The notes beneath the pieces are model-generated. The model was not told where the DNA came from, searched no databases, and saw only the letters and a list, made by a program, of their open reading frames with translations. Below are positions 10,326 to 23,799 of a stretch of DNA of 64,000 nucleotides, piece by piece. Source of the stretch: Macrostomum hystrix (Eukaryota > Animalia > Platyhelminthes); NCBI GenBank assembly GCA_950097015.1, contig CATNEN010000031.1:248001-312000 (forward strand). Direction: 5' to 3'. Every line of letters begins with the position of its first letter. The stretch's first letter is position 1. Position numbers and translations under genes: made by a program.

Positions 10326-13088
10326 ATATACACAGTACATGTCAGGAGCTAGTAGTTCTGTTTATTAGAGCTTCGGACTTCTCATCAAGAGGTCGGGAGT
10401 CTCAGCCCAATGCAAACGATTTGTCTTTGAGCAGGTCTTTGAGCATTTCATTATTATTATAACAGTTAAAAGGTAACCGAAATAGTTACACTATACCACT
10501 TAAATTACCAATTTCTTACCCACTGTTAATTATGTTCCCTATATCCCTATCCGATATCGTCATATGCTGATAGAGTCAGTTATGACCTCAAGCTTGCCAT
10601 GGACGCATCACTCTGATGGATGCTCACTAGCATTTTGATTGTGTCGCAGATAATCTCAAATAAGAGATGAATCATTTTAATGGCTTTAATGCCCAATAAT
10701 GAGTAATGGAACAGGGGACACAGATTGTTAAAACAGCTGGGAGCCTTTTACTAGTATTTAGAGACTAAACGACAAGAAGTGAGGCATCGCACAACAGTTA
10801 AGAATCTGAACCTGTTTATAAAAACCCGCGTAGATAAGAAGCGACAGCTCTTTGCTAACCATGGCTGGCAAATTCCGCTGAGTTTCACCGACCCATTATA
10901 CGATTATCAAAGCGAAGTTTACCCAAGTCCATGCATTTAACGGAAAAACATAAGACTAGGAATTTTTTCCTAGCCACCTGCTGTGTAGAAGAGTATTATT
11001 CGCAGTTTTGTAGACCACGATTACACAAAAATCTGTGTGATATTTACAGAGCCCTGTCTCAATTTTGTATTAACAAATTAATACAAAATGCTTTATTTGT
11101 AGCGCCAATTTGGCAATTGCGCTCAGTGTTAATTTTTAAGGTAGTATTTTAACTATGCGATTATTTTTCAGGTTATCAGCAAAGCAGGCCTGAGTAATAG
11201 TGACATCGGTAGAATAAACTACGGAATACCTAAAAGCGAAACTTATAGCATTGCGAGCAGGCTTTCTTACCCCAATTAGTACCCCAAAGGAGCAAATCTT
11301 CCGATGTGCAGCGCCAGCACATCCATTTGATCCTTCCCTATTCATTCCCTTTCAATCAAGTCCTTGGGTTCAATTACTTAAAACAACTTTGTACTCTACT
11401 GCATTTTTCCCTTTGCATTCGCTTAACGATAACTTTTGATTGAGCAATAATGAAAACAATATGAAAATGATTGACCAATTGTTAACATTTACTGTGCATC
11501 GCAAGACAGGAACAGGTGGATGACGGAGTACATGGCAACAAAAGCATTCAGTGATACAGTTACAATGGCAACCTACAAGAGGAAGGGAAGGGAATGGGGA
11601 GGAGGGGCTCAACGCATGGTTTAGGTGCAACGGGCGCCGGTGCATGACAGTAGTTTCATTCTAAACTCTGTAATAACATCATGTATCGTAACGTACACTT
11701 TTGTAATGAATTTTTTTCTATTGCACAACTGCCTCTAATAGAGATATGATCACTCAACGGATTTGACCGTTCGGGCTAGCTTTGCCACTGCATGTGCGTT
11801 GACAAACGCAGCTAAATATGCTGGCTACAAAAACATCCCTGTTGCACATTACACGTACATGTACATAAATAGCTGCGCAAGGGAAAAATGGGAAGGCCCC
11901 CTTCGCCAGGCGAAAAATTGCCAATCAACGTTGCCCGGCGACTGTTGCTCGATGACGCGGTGGTGTTTGCCCAGCTTGCAGTTTTTTTATACACGTACTT
12001 GACAAGGATCCTAGATAGAAAATAAAAAATATTCAAGCTTCTACTTTTCTTATCTTCGACTAGCACAGAAAGTCTTCTCTAGTGTCGAAATGAGGCTCGA
12101 AACCCATCCATCGTATCGTATAAGCTTCGGCCTTTTTGCACCCAGTATCGTGGATCACGCCTGTAGTGATCCTTATATATCACGATTCGTGCTGTTCGTA
12201 TATATTAACCATTATAAATCACTATGCACAAGACAATGTTAAAGACAGTGTTTTAAAACCCTAGTATAGGGCAGATAGGCTCTCATGAAACGTACTTTAA
12301 TTTCGTATTTGTCTCAAGGACCTTCGTCATGTCATATACAACGAGTAGAGGTACAGGACACGTACCGTTTCTGAGAATTGTAATAATTTGAAAATGTTCG
12401 CTTTAAAAGTTCCACTTCATATAATGATTTTTAATTCCTGTGCCACTCATGCTCAGCAAGGGATACTCAAGTAGTTTATTCAAAATCCTGTTTTTGTCTA
12501 TACGAATGAAATTCACACATCAATTGCCTACCTAGCGACTCGCCACACATAAAGAAGAAATAAAATAAGTGGCACATGCAGTACTAATAAGTACTCACTG
12601 ATGTTCCACATGTTTGTATTGCATTGCATTGCCCACTGCTCGTTCAACTACATGTGTTAAAACTTATGCCGTGCGTCTTTGCAAAAATAAAATGCTAAAT
12701 CTTATATGAAAAAACTTCAGACAATGCATTGTCTTGCATAGAAAGCTACACACAATTATCGTTAAAATGCTAGGCAATGAGCAGTTGAAGACTCATACAC
12801 GAAAACCAAAAAGAGAGCTACGCGCACAGAAGAGAGTAGACAGCGAAAACAAGCTGCTGTACGGTTTGAGTCCAATGCGAGCAGTTAAATAGAGAGAACC
12901 TTCTCAGCCTGGTATCCATGGCCCCACAGACACCCACCCCCCTCCGCGAAGTGCTTGCAGTAAAATGAGTATGCCTGAGCTTAGCCGTGCATAACAGAGT
13001 CCTTAGCAGCGAAGGAATCAGCAGCAACAGCAGAACATCTAGGTCAGCAGTGAAGCAGTACAGTCCAGAGACCCAGCTGGAACAGCCG

Positions 13089-15229
13089 ATGGCTGCTGAG
13101 TCGAGTCCCAGTCTGCGGGAGCGCGAGTTTGTCCCGCAGTTGCGCCACTTCCCTCCAACGTCCGGCTTCACGCCGCGGCCGGCGGAGCGGAAGGCGGACT
13201 TCCGCAAGCCGGTGACGTCACTCAGCTTGGAGTGCGAGCACCGGAAGAGGATCGAAGAAGACGTGCCCTACACCTACTTCCCCTCGGTGGCAGCCCGGCT
13301 GTGGACGGAGGCCAGCAAGTTCCCGCCGCCGTTTCCTGACCGTCCAGACGACAACTACAGCTTCAACGTGTGGCGCAACTTCAAGAACGCCTTCGGCCTG
13401 CAGCTGCCGCCAAATAGGCCGGAGCCGGAGCAGCATGAGCTGCTGGCAGCCTGCTATCCGGTCAACGTGCCCAAGCCGAGCCACATGAGTGAGCACACAT
13501 TCGCCAGGTGAGCAGTCATTGACTACGATTGATCTGACCGCTGACAGCAGCTTGCCATGGATGGGCACCGCATAGGCTTTCGAATGACTATTCAATAAGG
13601 CAAGCTGTCATGTTACTTTTCCGTACCGTTGACTTACATCGACAAAAACAACAACAAAGTGTAACGGGGCTTTTTATTAATAACTGATCTCACTGCTATT
13701 ATCACGATTTAGTAGATACGTTCCACACTGGCGTTCCTTAAATGGGCCGGTTAACTCTTCAATCTGGTAGCGTCTGTATTGCACGAGCGGTAGATTAGGC
13801 AACTGCATGCATTTCCAGTCAATTAGGCGTCCCCGAGATTAGAGTTTTGCAGCTCCCTCTTATAGTAATATTCTTGGTATAAATCTGAGTATAATTCTTA
13901 GTATAGTTCTTAGTATAATTCTTAGTATAGTTCTTAGTATAGTTCTTATTATAGTTCTTAGTATAGTTCTTAGTATAGTTCTTAGTATAGTTCTTAGTAT
14001 AGTTCTTAGTATAGTTCTTAGTATAGTTCTTAGTATAGTTCTTAGTATGGTTCTTAGTATAGTTCTTAGTATAGTTCTTAGTATGGTTCTTAGTATAGTT
14101 CTTAGTATAGTTCTTAGTATAGTTCTTAGTATAGTTCTTAGTATAGTTCTTAGTATAGTTCTTAGTATAGTTCTTAGTATAGTTCTTAGTATAGTTCTTA
14201 GTATAGTTCTTAGTATAGTTCTTAGTATAGTTCTTAGTATAGTTCTTAGTATAGTTCTTAGTATAGTTCTTAGTATAGTTCTTAGTATAGTTCTTAGTAT
14301 AGTTCTTAGTATAGTTCTTAGTATAGTTCTTAGTATAGTTCTTAGTATAGTTCTTAGTATAGTTCTTAGTATAGTTCTTAGTATAGTTCTTAGTATGGTT
14401 CTGAGTATATTTCTCAATATTCTCCTCTCTTATAAAATGAATAAGGCAATGAATAAATGAGGCACTCTATTATATCTTGAACACACTTCTGATTCTGACT
14501 CTGAAAGCACAGAATGCAAGCGCTTTCGTCGTAGACGAACCTGCTTTATTTTTCTCTCTACAAGTTGCGGCTATATATACACAGGCAAATTAGTGTTTGT
14601 TTAAATCATCAATTTTACAAAATAATATTCATACAGTATGCATTTAAAACAAAGAAATTACTACTACACTACTATTGGTACGGTGAAAATTAAAACAAAA
14701 ATATTGATTTTCGCGCATTTTTAACTTCTTAGATTTTATGAATATTTTTATAAAATTTATATACAAAAACGACAGGTACGTGGAGACCTCCAATCTATTT
14801 AAAGACGAGGCCAAGCGGCGCATTGTGATCCGGCAGTTGCGCGAGGAGGACAGGCAGCACAAGCGGCTGGCTCAGCTGGCCGCGGCTCGCGACCCGCCGC
14901 TTGACTCGCGCGGCTTCATCCTGCCGCCGGAGGGCTACAAGCGCTACGCTCCGCTGATGCTGACGCCTGGCCTGGCTGGCGAAGCCGCCGATCAGGACGC
15001 CGCCGCCGCCGCCGACGCAGGTCCGCTGGCCGGCTCCCTGGCCGACGACGTCCAAGTGGACATGTTCGGCAACATTGTTCGCCGGCGCCGCCGGCCGCGG
15101 CTGTGGAAGCTGAGCTACCGGAGCAGCAATCCAAAGTATCAGGAGGCAATGCGCTACTCAACCGCTGTGAGGGAGGGCCCTCAGCAGGAACGGTTTCCCA
15201 CGCTGATGCCGCCACCGGCGGCTCGATGA
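13089..15229 (+). CDS. TEX52: TEX52-like protein; exons 13089-13507 and 14776-15229
   Basis: Phase-2 intron (AG|gtgag ... acag|G) restores FAR-YVET. Motifs FPPPFPDRPDDNYSFNVWR, PKPSHMSEHTF and ARDPPLDSRGFILPPEGYKRY resemble my recollection of vertebrate TEX52 (FPTQPDRPYDSNVWR, PPPSWMGQNSF, ARAPPLDAQGNIQPP). Needs a database search. Confidence 0.7.
13872..14400. repeat. 12-bp minisatellite (TAGTTCTTAGTA)n inside the TEX52-like intron
   Basis: More than 40 near-perfect tandem copies. Confidence 0.97.
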
Positions 15230-16133
15230 GCGAGGATAAACAAGGTTAACTATGGACAATCGTAGATAACTGTGGATAATCGTGGATAACTAGGGATTAA
15301 TCGTGGATAACTTAGGGATAATCATGGATAGCTAGGGATAATTGTGGATAATCATTATTAACTTGGGGATAATTCTGAAAACAACTAGGTATGCTTCTGA
15401 ATAACTACGTTTAATCAAATATATATCTGTTTGTTATTTCAAGTGTGTATAGAATATAGTAGACAATGCTGAGGATGTAAGTTAGAGAACGCTGCATGTT
15501 TATCAGCTCTGTGCTCCAAATTTTTGTTACAAGTACGGTGACGAATAAATTTTGTTTTCAATCTGTCACTTTCCACTTTACGATAGGTTAGCAGAAATAG
15601 ACTCAATTGCTTAATAAAATTGTAAATAGACTACCAGAATCTTCACAAAAAAGATATTTTTTACGAAAATTTGTAAGACAAAATATTACTTGCGAACTTT
15701 CATTCCAGCTTTCGTTCATGCAGCATTACTTACTCGTAAAAATATAACGGTTTTAATACTTAAATATGACAATTCAAACTCAACTGTCTCTAAGATTTTC
15801 TTATTGTCACATCTCACTTGACTCGATAAGTGCTAGTTTTCGCTTTGCTTGTGAATTCTTTTGAATTAGTTGATTTCTCATCGGTATAGTGTTACAACAT
15901 AGAATGCCTTTTAATGGTTTATTATGTCATGTGAGGCCACATATAAAAAATATCGTACCCCTTTTTGTTATATAAATTCTTAATGAGACTTTGATTGTCT
16001 TCGTTACTACTGTTAGTAGGCCAAGTAAAAGCAAATAGTTTTCAAGATTTTTTTAAGACGAACTACAATCCGTAGGCCTACTAATGACTTTTCTGCCGTG
16101 ATTTACAAGATAAATCAGTAATCCGACATTCCT

Positions 16134-16772
16134 CAATCCACTAGATTGGTTAGCAATCCATTCTGATTACTCAATCCACCAGATAGATAGATTAGCAATC
16201 CATTCTGATTACTCAATCCACCAGATAGATAGATTAGCAATCCATTCTGATTACTCAATCCACCAGATAGATAGATTAGCAATCCATTCTGATTACTCAA
16301 TCCACCAGATAGATAGATTAGCAATCCATTCTGATTACTCAATCCACTAGATAGATTAGCAATCCATTCTGATTACTCAATCCACTAGATAGATTAGCAA
16401 TGGATTGCTAATCTATTACTATATTTCTATATATTTCTATATAATCTATTTCTGATTACTCAATCCACTAGATAGATTAGCAATCCATTCTGATTACTCA
16501 ATCCAACAGATAGATAGATTAGCAATCCATTCTGATTACTCAATCCACCAGATAGATAGATTAGCAATCCATTCTGATTACCCAATCCACCAGATAGATA
16601 GATTAGCAATCCATTCTGATTACCCAATCCACCAGATAGATAGATTAGCAATCCATTCTGATTACTCAATCCACCAGATAGATAGATTAGCAATCCATTC
16701 TGATTACTCAATCCACCAGATAGATTAGCAATCCATTCTGATTACTCAATCCACCAGATAGATTAGCAATCC
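16134..16772. repeat. ~42-bp minisatellite (GATTAGCAATCCATTCTGATTACTCAATCCACCAGATAGATA) with 38-bp variants
   Basis: Tandem copies, interrupted at 16400-16450. Confidence 0.95.
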
Positions 16773-17842
16773 AGTCCATTCCTCAGTCCGCTAGAATAGA
16801 CTAGCAATGCAAATATCAATTGCCCTACACAGAAAAGTCGATGTACTTTTAGCAAGCGTCACGGCTGCAAGAATGGCAGCAAGCTCAGCTCTGTTGGGAC
16901 AATGAAGCTTCACCTTGTGTAAGGTGAGAATTGCTGTCAGTAAATGCCTCCCAGCCCACTTCAGCGTCAAAGAAGATACACAACAGACGACACTGACAAG
17001 GGGAACATGATAGCACTGGCCTGGAAACCCGATAAGTAGGAGAGCACAGTTGTAGCCCTGAAGCTGGCTGCCGATTCTCACCTAAGCCGCAAGAAAATCT
17101 AAACTCAAGCTGTCAATCAACCCTGGCTTGTCAATGCCATTACTGCTGGTATAAGGCAACGCTTTCTACAGGCAAGTGTCGGAAAAATTGTCACCTGCTA
17201 CTCAAAGTGCTGGGAAAAACAAGCAACGGAAGCCACGAACATCTAGTGGGATTAATTCCTCCCCCCCAATGGGATCTTTATTCCTAAATCCAGATTTATC
17301 TATCTGCCCGATAACTATTGATTACTGACGGTATTGAGGAGCACAGAACCACTCTTGTCTGATTAGTGATTGCCTGGCAACCGCAGAGCATTGCGTGTTG
17401 TCACCTGGTCGCCTAGCCTACATAGGCAAGTATCGCTGTCACAATTTTGTCATAATTACAACGTAGATTACAAAACCTAGGTATCGAAGCAATCACCAAG
17501 AGGTCGAGAGTTCGAATCTGGGCCAAAACGGAAAACAATTAATTGCCCATTGCTTCAGTTTAGAACCAGTTATAAAATGGGTGTCAGAATTAACTTTGAA
17601 CAAAACATTGTGTGAGTGTCACGGCCCCACATAATGATTTGAAAGCGTTCCGCCACTCATAAATCACTTTTTCATTAGCCTGCAGAGGCGACAGCTTGGC
17701 GTGAAGCAGAATGGCATTGCTGATAATCGCCTTAATTTAAGCACAAATTCCGCGATTTGGCATTGGGGATTATATATTTAGCTCTCTTTAGAGCACTTTG
17801 AAACTTTATAGCTGCAACGGTTTGAGCTCCCCTCAACTAGCC

Positions 17843-18440
17843 TCCCTTCAGATCATGAAGGCAGCTCCCCTCAGGTCATGAAGGCAGCTCCCCTCAGGTC
17901 ATGAAGGCAGCTCCCCTCAGGTCATCAAGGCAGCTCCCCTCAGGTCATGAAGGCAGCTCCCCTCAGGTCATGAAGGCAGCTCCCCTCAGGTCACGAAGGC
18001 AGCTCCCCTCAGGTCATGAAGGCAGCTCTCCTCAGGTCATGAAGGCAGCTCCCCTCAGATCATGAAGACAGCTCCCCTCAGGTCATGAAGGCAGCTCCCC
18101 TCAGGTCATGAAGGCAGCTCCCCTCAGGTCAAGAAGGCAGCTCTCCTCAGGTCATGAAGGCAGCTCCCCTCAGGTCATGAAGGCAGCTCCCCTCAGGTCA
18201 TGAAGGCAGCTCCCTCAGGTCATGAAGGCAGCTCCCCTCAGGTCATGAAGGCAGCTCCCCTCAGGTCACGAAGGCAGCTCCCCTCAGGTCATGAAGGCAG
18301 CTCTCCTCAGGTCATGAAGGCAGCTCCCCTCAGATCATGAAGGCAGCTCCCCTCAGGTCATGAAGGCAGCTCCCCTCAGGTCAAGAAGGCAGCTCTCCTC
18401 AGGTCATGAAGGCAGCTCCCCTCACTCCCCTCAGGTCACG
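17843..18440. repeat. 23-bp minisatellite (TCCCCTCAGGTCATGAAGGCAGC)n
   Basis: About 25 tandem copies. Confidence 0.96.
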
Positions 18441-19511
18441 AAATCGAGCTAGCAGCTCATTGAAGCCAGCAATGCTCCACTTTCCGACAAAAGAGACTAC
18501 TGAGAAATGCATAGAGAGCAGTGAAGAATTCGCATTCCTCACGCAGAGTAGCAAGTACCAATGCTGCTATTCACTATAGTTGAGTGGCCAGTTAGTAAAT
18601 AATAGACTCCAATAAGTCTCAAGCGGGTACCGACAAGCAGAGTTGCAGGATCTCGGCACAACTCGCAATATCCTTGCCGAGAGGAATTCTCGAGAGCCTA
18701 GAGCCTATTTGTCAAATCGACTTGAGAACAATGCTCTGTGCTGTATATACTCAAATTCAAACTCAAGTAATGCTAAATTGAAATTCTGCATTCACTTCCA
18801 ATTTATACTTGTAGTAGTATATATTTTCATCTCGCAATATGCGGCACCTGAGGTCTAACAGCTTGAAAGTTTCACTACGTCAATCAAACAGTGGGCTGTT
18901 TGCTGGAACTAATTAATGCCAAATGACAGACACGTGTTAGTCTGACAGTGCGACAGGTGACAGAAAGTTTATCTAAGTAAGATTTCCTAATTAAAGAATA
19001 ACATTGGCCCACATGATTGAGTGGCATTGCCTTCAGCCTAACAACAAGCAGAAACATATTAGACAGAAATTCAATCAATATTTTATTGAATATTGGAATT
19101 AATTTTTATCAAATTCGGGTGAAATCCTCAGGCTAACGGCTTTCTTGACAAACCGGACCCTGTCCTCATTTCTCAATGCGACAGAAACAAGAGGCCGTTG
19201 CTGGCTAATGATTGTGCTCAGACATTTCAGACATGCCGCCGGGTTCCATAGGATAAGGGATGAAATTACGGGTCCAACAAGGCTGGCCAGACGTCAACGC
19301 ATGAGAGATGAGCCGGGACAAGCCAAGTAGGAAATTTTCCCCAATCGGCTGTCGTGTTTCTCATTTTTTCGTCGGCTAATAATATCCCAGCCTCACGAGG
19401 ACGCAACGTGGGAGGATATACTTAGCTGGATGGGATCACTAAAGGCGATGTTGTATCGAATTGGCGCCATAGCAATATCGATACTTAGAATATCCAACTG
19501 CCAAACTAACG

Positions 19512-20455
19512 GCTCCCCTCAGGTCATGAAGGTAGCTTTCCTCAGATCATCAAGGCAGCTCTCCTCAGGTCATGAAGGCAGCTTTCCTCAGATCATCAAG
19601 GCAGCTCTCCTCAGGTCATGAAGGCAGCTTTCCTCAGATCATCAAGGCAGCTCTCCTCAGGTCATGAAGGTAGCTTTCCTCAGGTCATGAAGGTAGCTTT
19701 CCTCAGGTCATGAAGGTAGCTCTCCTCAGGTCATGAAGGTAGCTCTCCTCAGGTCATGAAGGCAGCTCTCCTCAGGTCATGAAGGCAGCTCTCCTCAGGT
19801 CATGAAGGCAGCTCTCCTCAGGTCATGAAGGCAGCTCTCCTCAGGTCATGAAGGCAGCTTTCCTCAGGTCATGAAGGTAGCTCTCCTCAGGTCATGAAGG
19901 TAGCTCTCCTCAGGTCATGAAGGTAGCTCTCCTCAGGTCATGAAGGCAGCTCTCCTCAGGTCATGAAGGCAGCTCTCCTCAGGTCATGAAGGTAGCTCTC
20001 CTCAGGTCATGAAGGTAGCTTTCCTCAGATCATCAAGGCAGCTCTCCTCAGGTCATGAAGGTAGCTTTCCTCAGGTCATGAAGCTAGCTCTCCTCAGGTC
20101 ATGAAGGTAGCTTTCCTCAGATCATCAAGGCAGCTCTCCTCAGGTCATGAAGGTAGCTTTCCTCATATCATGAACACAGGTCCCTCATATCATGAACACA
20201 GGTCCCCCAAATCATGAACACAGGTCCCTCAGATCATGAAGACAAGTCCCTCAAGTCATGAAGACAGGTCCCTCAGATCATGAACACAGGTCCCCCAAAT
20301 CATGAACACAGGTCCCTCAGATCATGAAGACAAGTCCCTCAAGTCATGAAGACAGGTCCCTCAAGTCATGAAGACAGGTCCCTCAAGTCCTGAAGACAGG
20401 TCCCTCAAGTCATGAAGACAGGTCCCTCAAGTCATAAAGACAGGTCCCTCAGGTC
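19512..20455. repeat. Second array of the 23-bp minisatellite, grading into a 22-bp variant (CCCTCAAGTCATGAAGACAGGT)
   Basis: Tandem copies; the unit changes at ~20165. Confidence 0.95.
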
Positions 20456-21875
20456 CATCGAGCATATCTGAAGCGTGCCTACAATAAGATGGTGCGCGCA
20501 GAAAGCTTCTATCATATGATAGCATTGATGCGTTGAAATTTCACGCCGCTGCCCCTGCTAATTCCCCTAACTCCCTATCCCAGCCACACTTCGAAGATGA
20601 CGAAGGACCAGTTTATAAGCAAACCTCCAGACCAGGTAAAATTCCTTAAAGTTGATAGAGATGAGAGCAGCGAAGAGGCGGGTATAGGCCCAGTTGATGT
20701 TAGTCAGGTTTCAGCTAGGTGTTTGGGTTAGGGATTATTTCAGCGTCAGATTCAAAAGCGTGATTGATAACTGCAGCACCTGTGAGTTGGCTGAGCCAGA
20801 CAGTCAGATGGTCATTTGTTCGCTCATTATTCATGACGATGCAGCATCCCTTTGACCAGAGACAGGTGTGACGAACAGGTAGCCAGAAATAGATTAAGAT
20901 TAAGAGATAAGAAAATTAACTCGCAATAGATTGACTTTCGGAGGTGGAATGAAGGTGAAGAGACTGTCGAGCTAGTTAGCCCAGGTCTAATGAATGAATC
21001 CTTAGCTATTACCAGAATTAATTATCAGGGCTTAGAAGTTAGAATAAGTTACTAAAGTATTAGAAAATCATTTTTCGTCGGGAAAATTTGAACAGCCCCA
21101 TTGATTTTAGACCAAAGTTACTTTTCGTCGTTACTTTTCGTTACTTTGCAAAGTTACAAACACTAGAATTCATCGTCTGCTTTTGTCAAGATTGCCTTTT
21201 TTGTCAAGATTTCGTTTGCTACAAAATTATGTTTCTCTGAATGCAGCCAACTTCGATCTTTAGTGTCAACAGGCTTTTGATATTCCCATTCCAGCCAAAT
21301 GTATCGTTGTGAGCAGTTCTCAATCGATTTGGCCCATGACTGACGCCCGGCCAACTTGAATCCTCGAAGTCTTTGCGGAGGGAAGGCAGTGCTGCTACAT
21401 GCTTCTAAGTGTCGAGCAACGAGCCCCCTAGTAACAAGAGAGATTGCGCAGAGCAAAGCAAAGCAAACACCTGATAATGTTCCTAAGCAAATCAAGGACG
21501 GCCTTCAAAGCACGCTGCATTAGCGTAAATAAGCCAGTATTTCAAGCCCAACTCTCGGACCAATAAGAGATCATCTAGGCTGCAGCTGGGGCGCGATTGG
21601 TCCACACTCCCTGTAGTAAGAAGGCTTTTAGTGTGTTCGCAAGGACTCTGACGGCAGAAATCGCTGCTTCAACTTCTCCTCCGAGCTGTGTTGACAAATC
21701 GGCCAGCTAGAGGAGGGCGGTAAGGCGCGGCTATATAGATAGAGAGAGACGCGAAGGAGAAAGGAGAAGCAGTGCTTATTCCAAGACAGCTGAAGGGCTG
21801 CGGGGTAAACAGTGCAAACACGGCAGCTTCACTCGAGCCGATCGAGCCGAACCACCGAACTAGTTGCCGCTAGTC

Positions 21876-23147
21876 ATGTTAGCGGTCGACAATGCCACAG
21901 CGTGCTCTGTAGCCATCACAGCCAGGTACAACGGAAGCTACTCGGCCATGCTAATTAGCCTGGTGCCGTATGCAGTGTACACTAGCCGAACCCTGATCCC
22001 GCTGTGGATAATCATTGGCGTGCCTGGAGCAATCTTTAGCCTGCTGATTTGGAGCAGCAAGCGCATGCGCTCCTCATCCAGCGTGTACCTGTGCGCCTTA
22101 GCCATACTGGACTGCATCTTCCTGCTGCTGGTGCAGCTTCCTTACTACCTGTACTTGCACTACGATGTGAAGCTGAGGCCCGGCGCTTGTCACGCTCTGC
22201 CATCCGTCAACATGTGGCTGCAGTACCTGTCACCGCTGCTGACTCTCGGCTTCACTATTGAGCGCTACATCAGCATCTGCCATCCGTTCCAGCGAGACCG
22301 GCTGTGCACTGTTCGGCGAGCTGTCATCGTCGTCGGCTGCATGACCGCCAGCTGCCTGGCCATGGGGCTGGTGCAGGTGAAATTCTACCAGTACGGAGAG
22401 GAGGGCTGCTCTGAGGATCCAAGCATCTTCGATTCTGACTCGCTGCTGAGCCGCGTGTACAACGGCTGGACAAAGACCACCGAAGTCTTGTTCTTCGCAT
22501 TGGCTCCTCTGTCAATCCTGCTGTTCAACACACTGGTCCTGGTGCAGGCCCGCCGGGTGATGAAGAAACAGGTTGGCGGCAGCCGCCAGAGCAAAGGCAA
22601 ATCCGCCGCCACCACGGTGACGCTGCTGACCGTGTCCTTCTATCAGATCGGTGCGGTGCTGCCCGTGACCATCCTACTATTCGTAGGCATTCATGTCTAC
22701 AGCAGCAACTTTGATGTTCCCTGCGCCATGCCGTTGGACCAGGTGACTCAGCTGCCTAACATCCGCCTGTTCATGGCCTACCAGGCCGTCAATAAGATCG
22801 TTGAAAGCCTTTCGGTGAGCCACTACGCCATGAAGTTCTTCATCTACCTCCTGACTGGTGGCATGTTCAGGAGGCAGTTCCAGGTACTGCTCAGTTCCTG
22901 CATGCCCTGCCTCAGCATCGCTGGTGGAGGCAGCGGAGGCGGCGGCGGCGGTGTCGGCGGCGGTGGGGACGTCCAGCTGCCGGTTCATCGCACTTCCGAG
23001 GAGCGGCGTCGATGGCGCAGAAGGCAGAACGGCAACGACAACGTTGGCAACGGAGAAGACGACGAAGAGTCCTCCAGCCAGCTGGCACTGATGGCAAGCC
23101 CAACGCAGGCAACCGGCATTCGCAATGGCCAAGCGGTGCGAGCTTAA
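21876..23147 (+). CDS. Rhodopsin-class (class A) peptide GPCR, FMRFamide/sex-peptide-receptor-like, intronless
   Basis: Seven hydrophobic segments, SSVYLCALAILD (TM2), GFTIERYISICHPF (TM3 ERY), HYAMKFFIYLLTG (TM7). First ATG at 21876. Confidence 0.9.
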   Translation: MLAVDNATACSVAITARYNGSYSAMLISLVPYAVYTSRTLIPLWIIIGVPGAIFSLLIWSSKRMRSSSSVYLCALAILDCIFLLLVQLPYYLYLHYDVKLRPGACHALPSVNMWLQYLSPLLTLGFTIERYISICHPFQRDRLCTVRRAVIVVGCMTASCLAMGLVQVKFYQYGEEGCSEDPSIFDSDSLLSRVYNGWTKTTEVLFFALAPLSILLFNTLVLVQARRVMKKQVGGSRQSKGKSAATTVTLLTVSFYQIGAVLPVTILLFVGIHVYSSNFDVPCAMPLDQVTQLPNIRLFMAYQAVNKIVESLSVSHYAMKFFIYLLTGGMFRRQFQVLLSSCMPCLSIAGGGSGGGGGGVGGGGDVQLPVHRTSEERRRWRRRQNGNDNVGNGEDDEESSSQLALMASPTQATGIRNGQAVRA

Positions 23148-23799
23148 ACACCGTTAATCTGGGCAACGCACTTAACATGACGTCATTGAAGTGAGGCAAA
23201 TGGACAGTTTGCGATGTAAAATTCAAGAACAGATTTCACACTTTCATTATGAGTAACAAAAATTGACAAAAACCTTCGGACAACTCGTGAGGGTAAATTC
23301 ACTAAAATCTAAATTGTGTACAGTTGATGCGTAGCAAATTAAGCTAACCTAGCTTTTGTTTAGCTGAGTGGAGTTAGCTGTGGCCAATGCAGCCTAGATT
23401 CTGCATCTGGGGCATTATTTACGGAATATTCGGTAATTCTATCAGAGCTGGCATCTATTCTATTTCCTGTAAAATTGAAATAGAAAGAAATGTCACGAAT
23501 ATTATTTTAAGTAAGAACACAGCACCACAGCACACAGAATCATGATGATGCACTTTGATCAGCTATTTGTTTAGCTAACTTTAATCTGCCACCGTCTGTT
23601 ATATTCAAACCAGTTGTGAATTCAGACAGTCACTGAAATATAAGGAATAATTAATCTTTCTCAATATTTTCTGGCCGTAGTCCATTAATAGGATTGCACT
23701 GAAGCAACGTTTAAGAATCTATGAATCGAAAATCATTAAAACAATAAAAATAACCGATTGCACCTGCCCCAATTGAGTCAGATGCGAAGTCGACAGCAC

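Noticed and set aside
19260-19400. Possible Gypsy pol fragment (QQGWPDV)
   Set aside because: Only a three-residue motif followed by a stop, with no other support.
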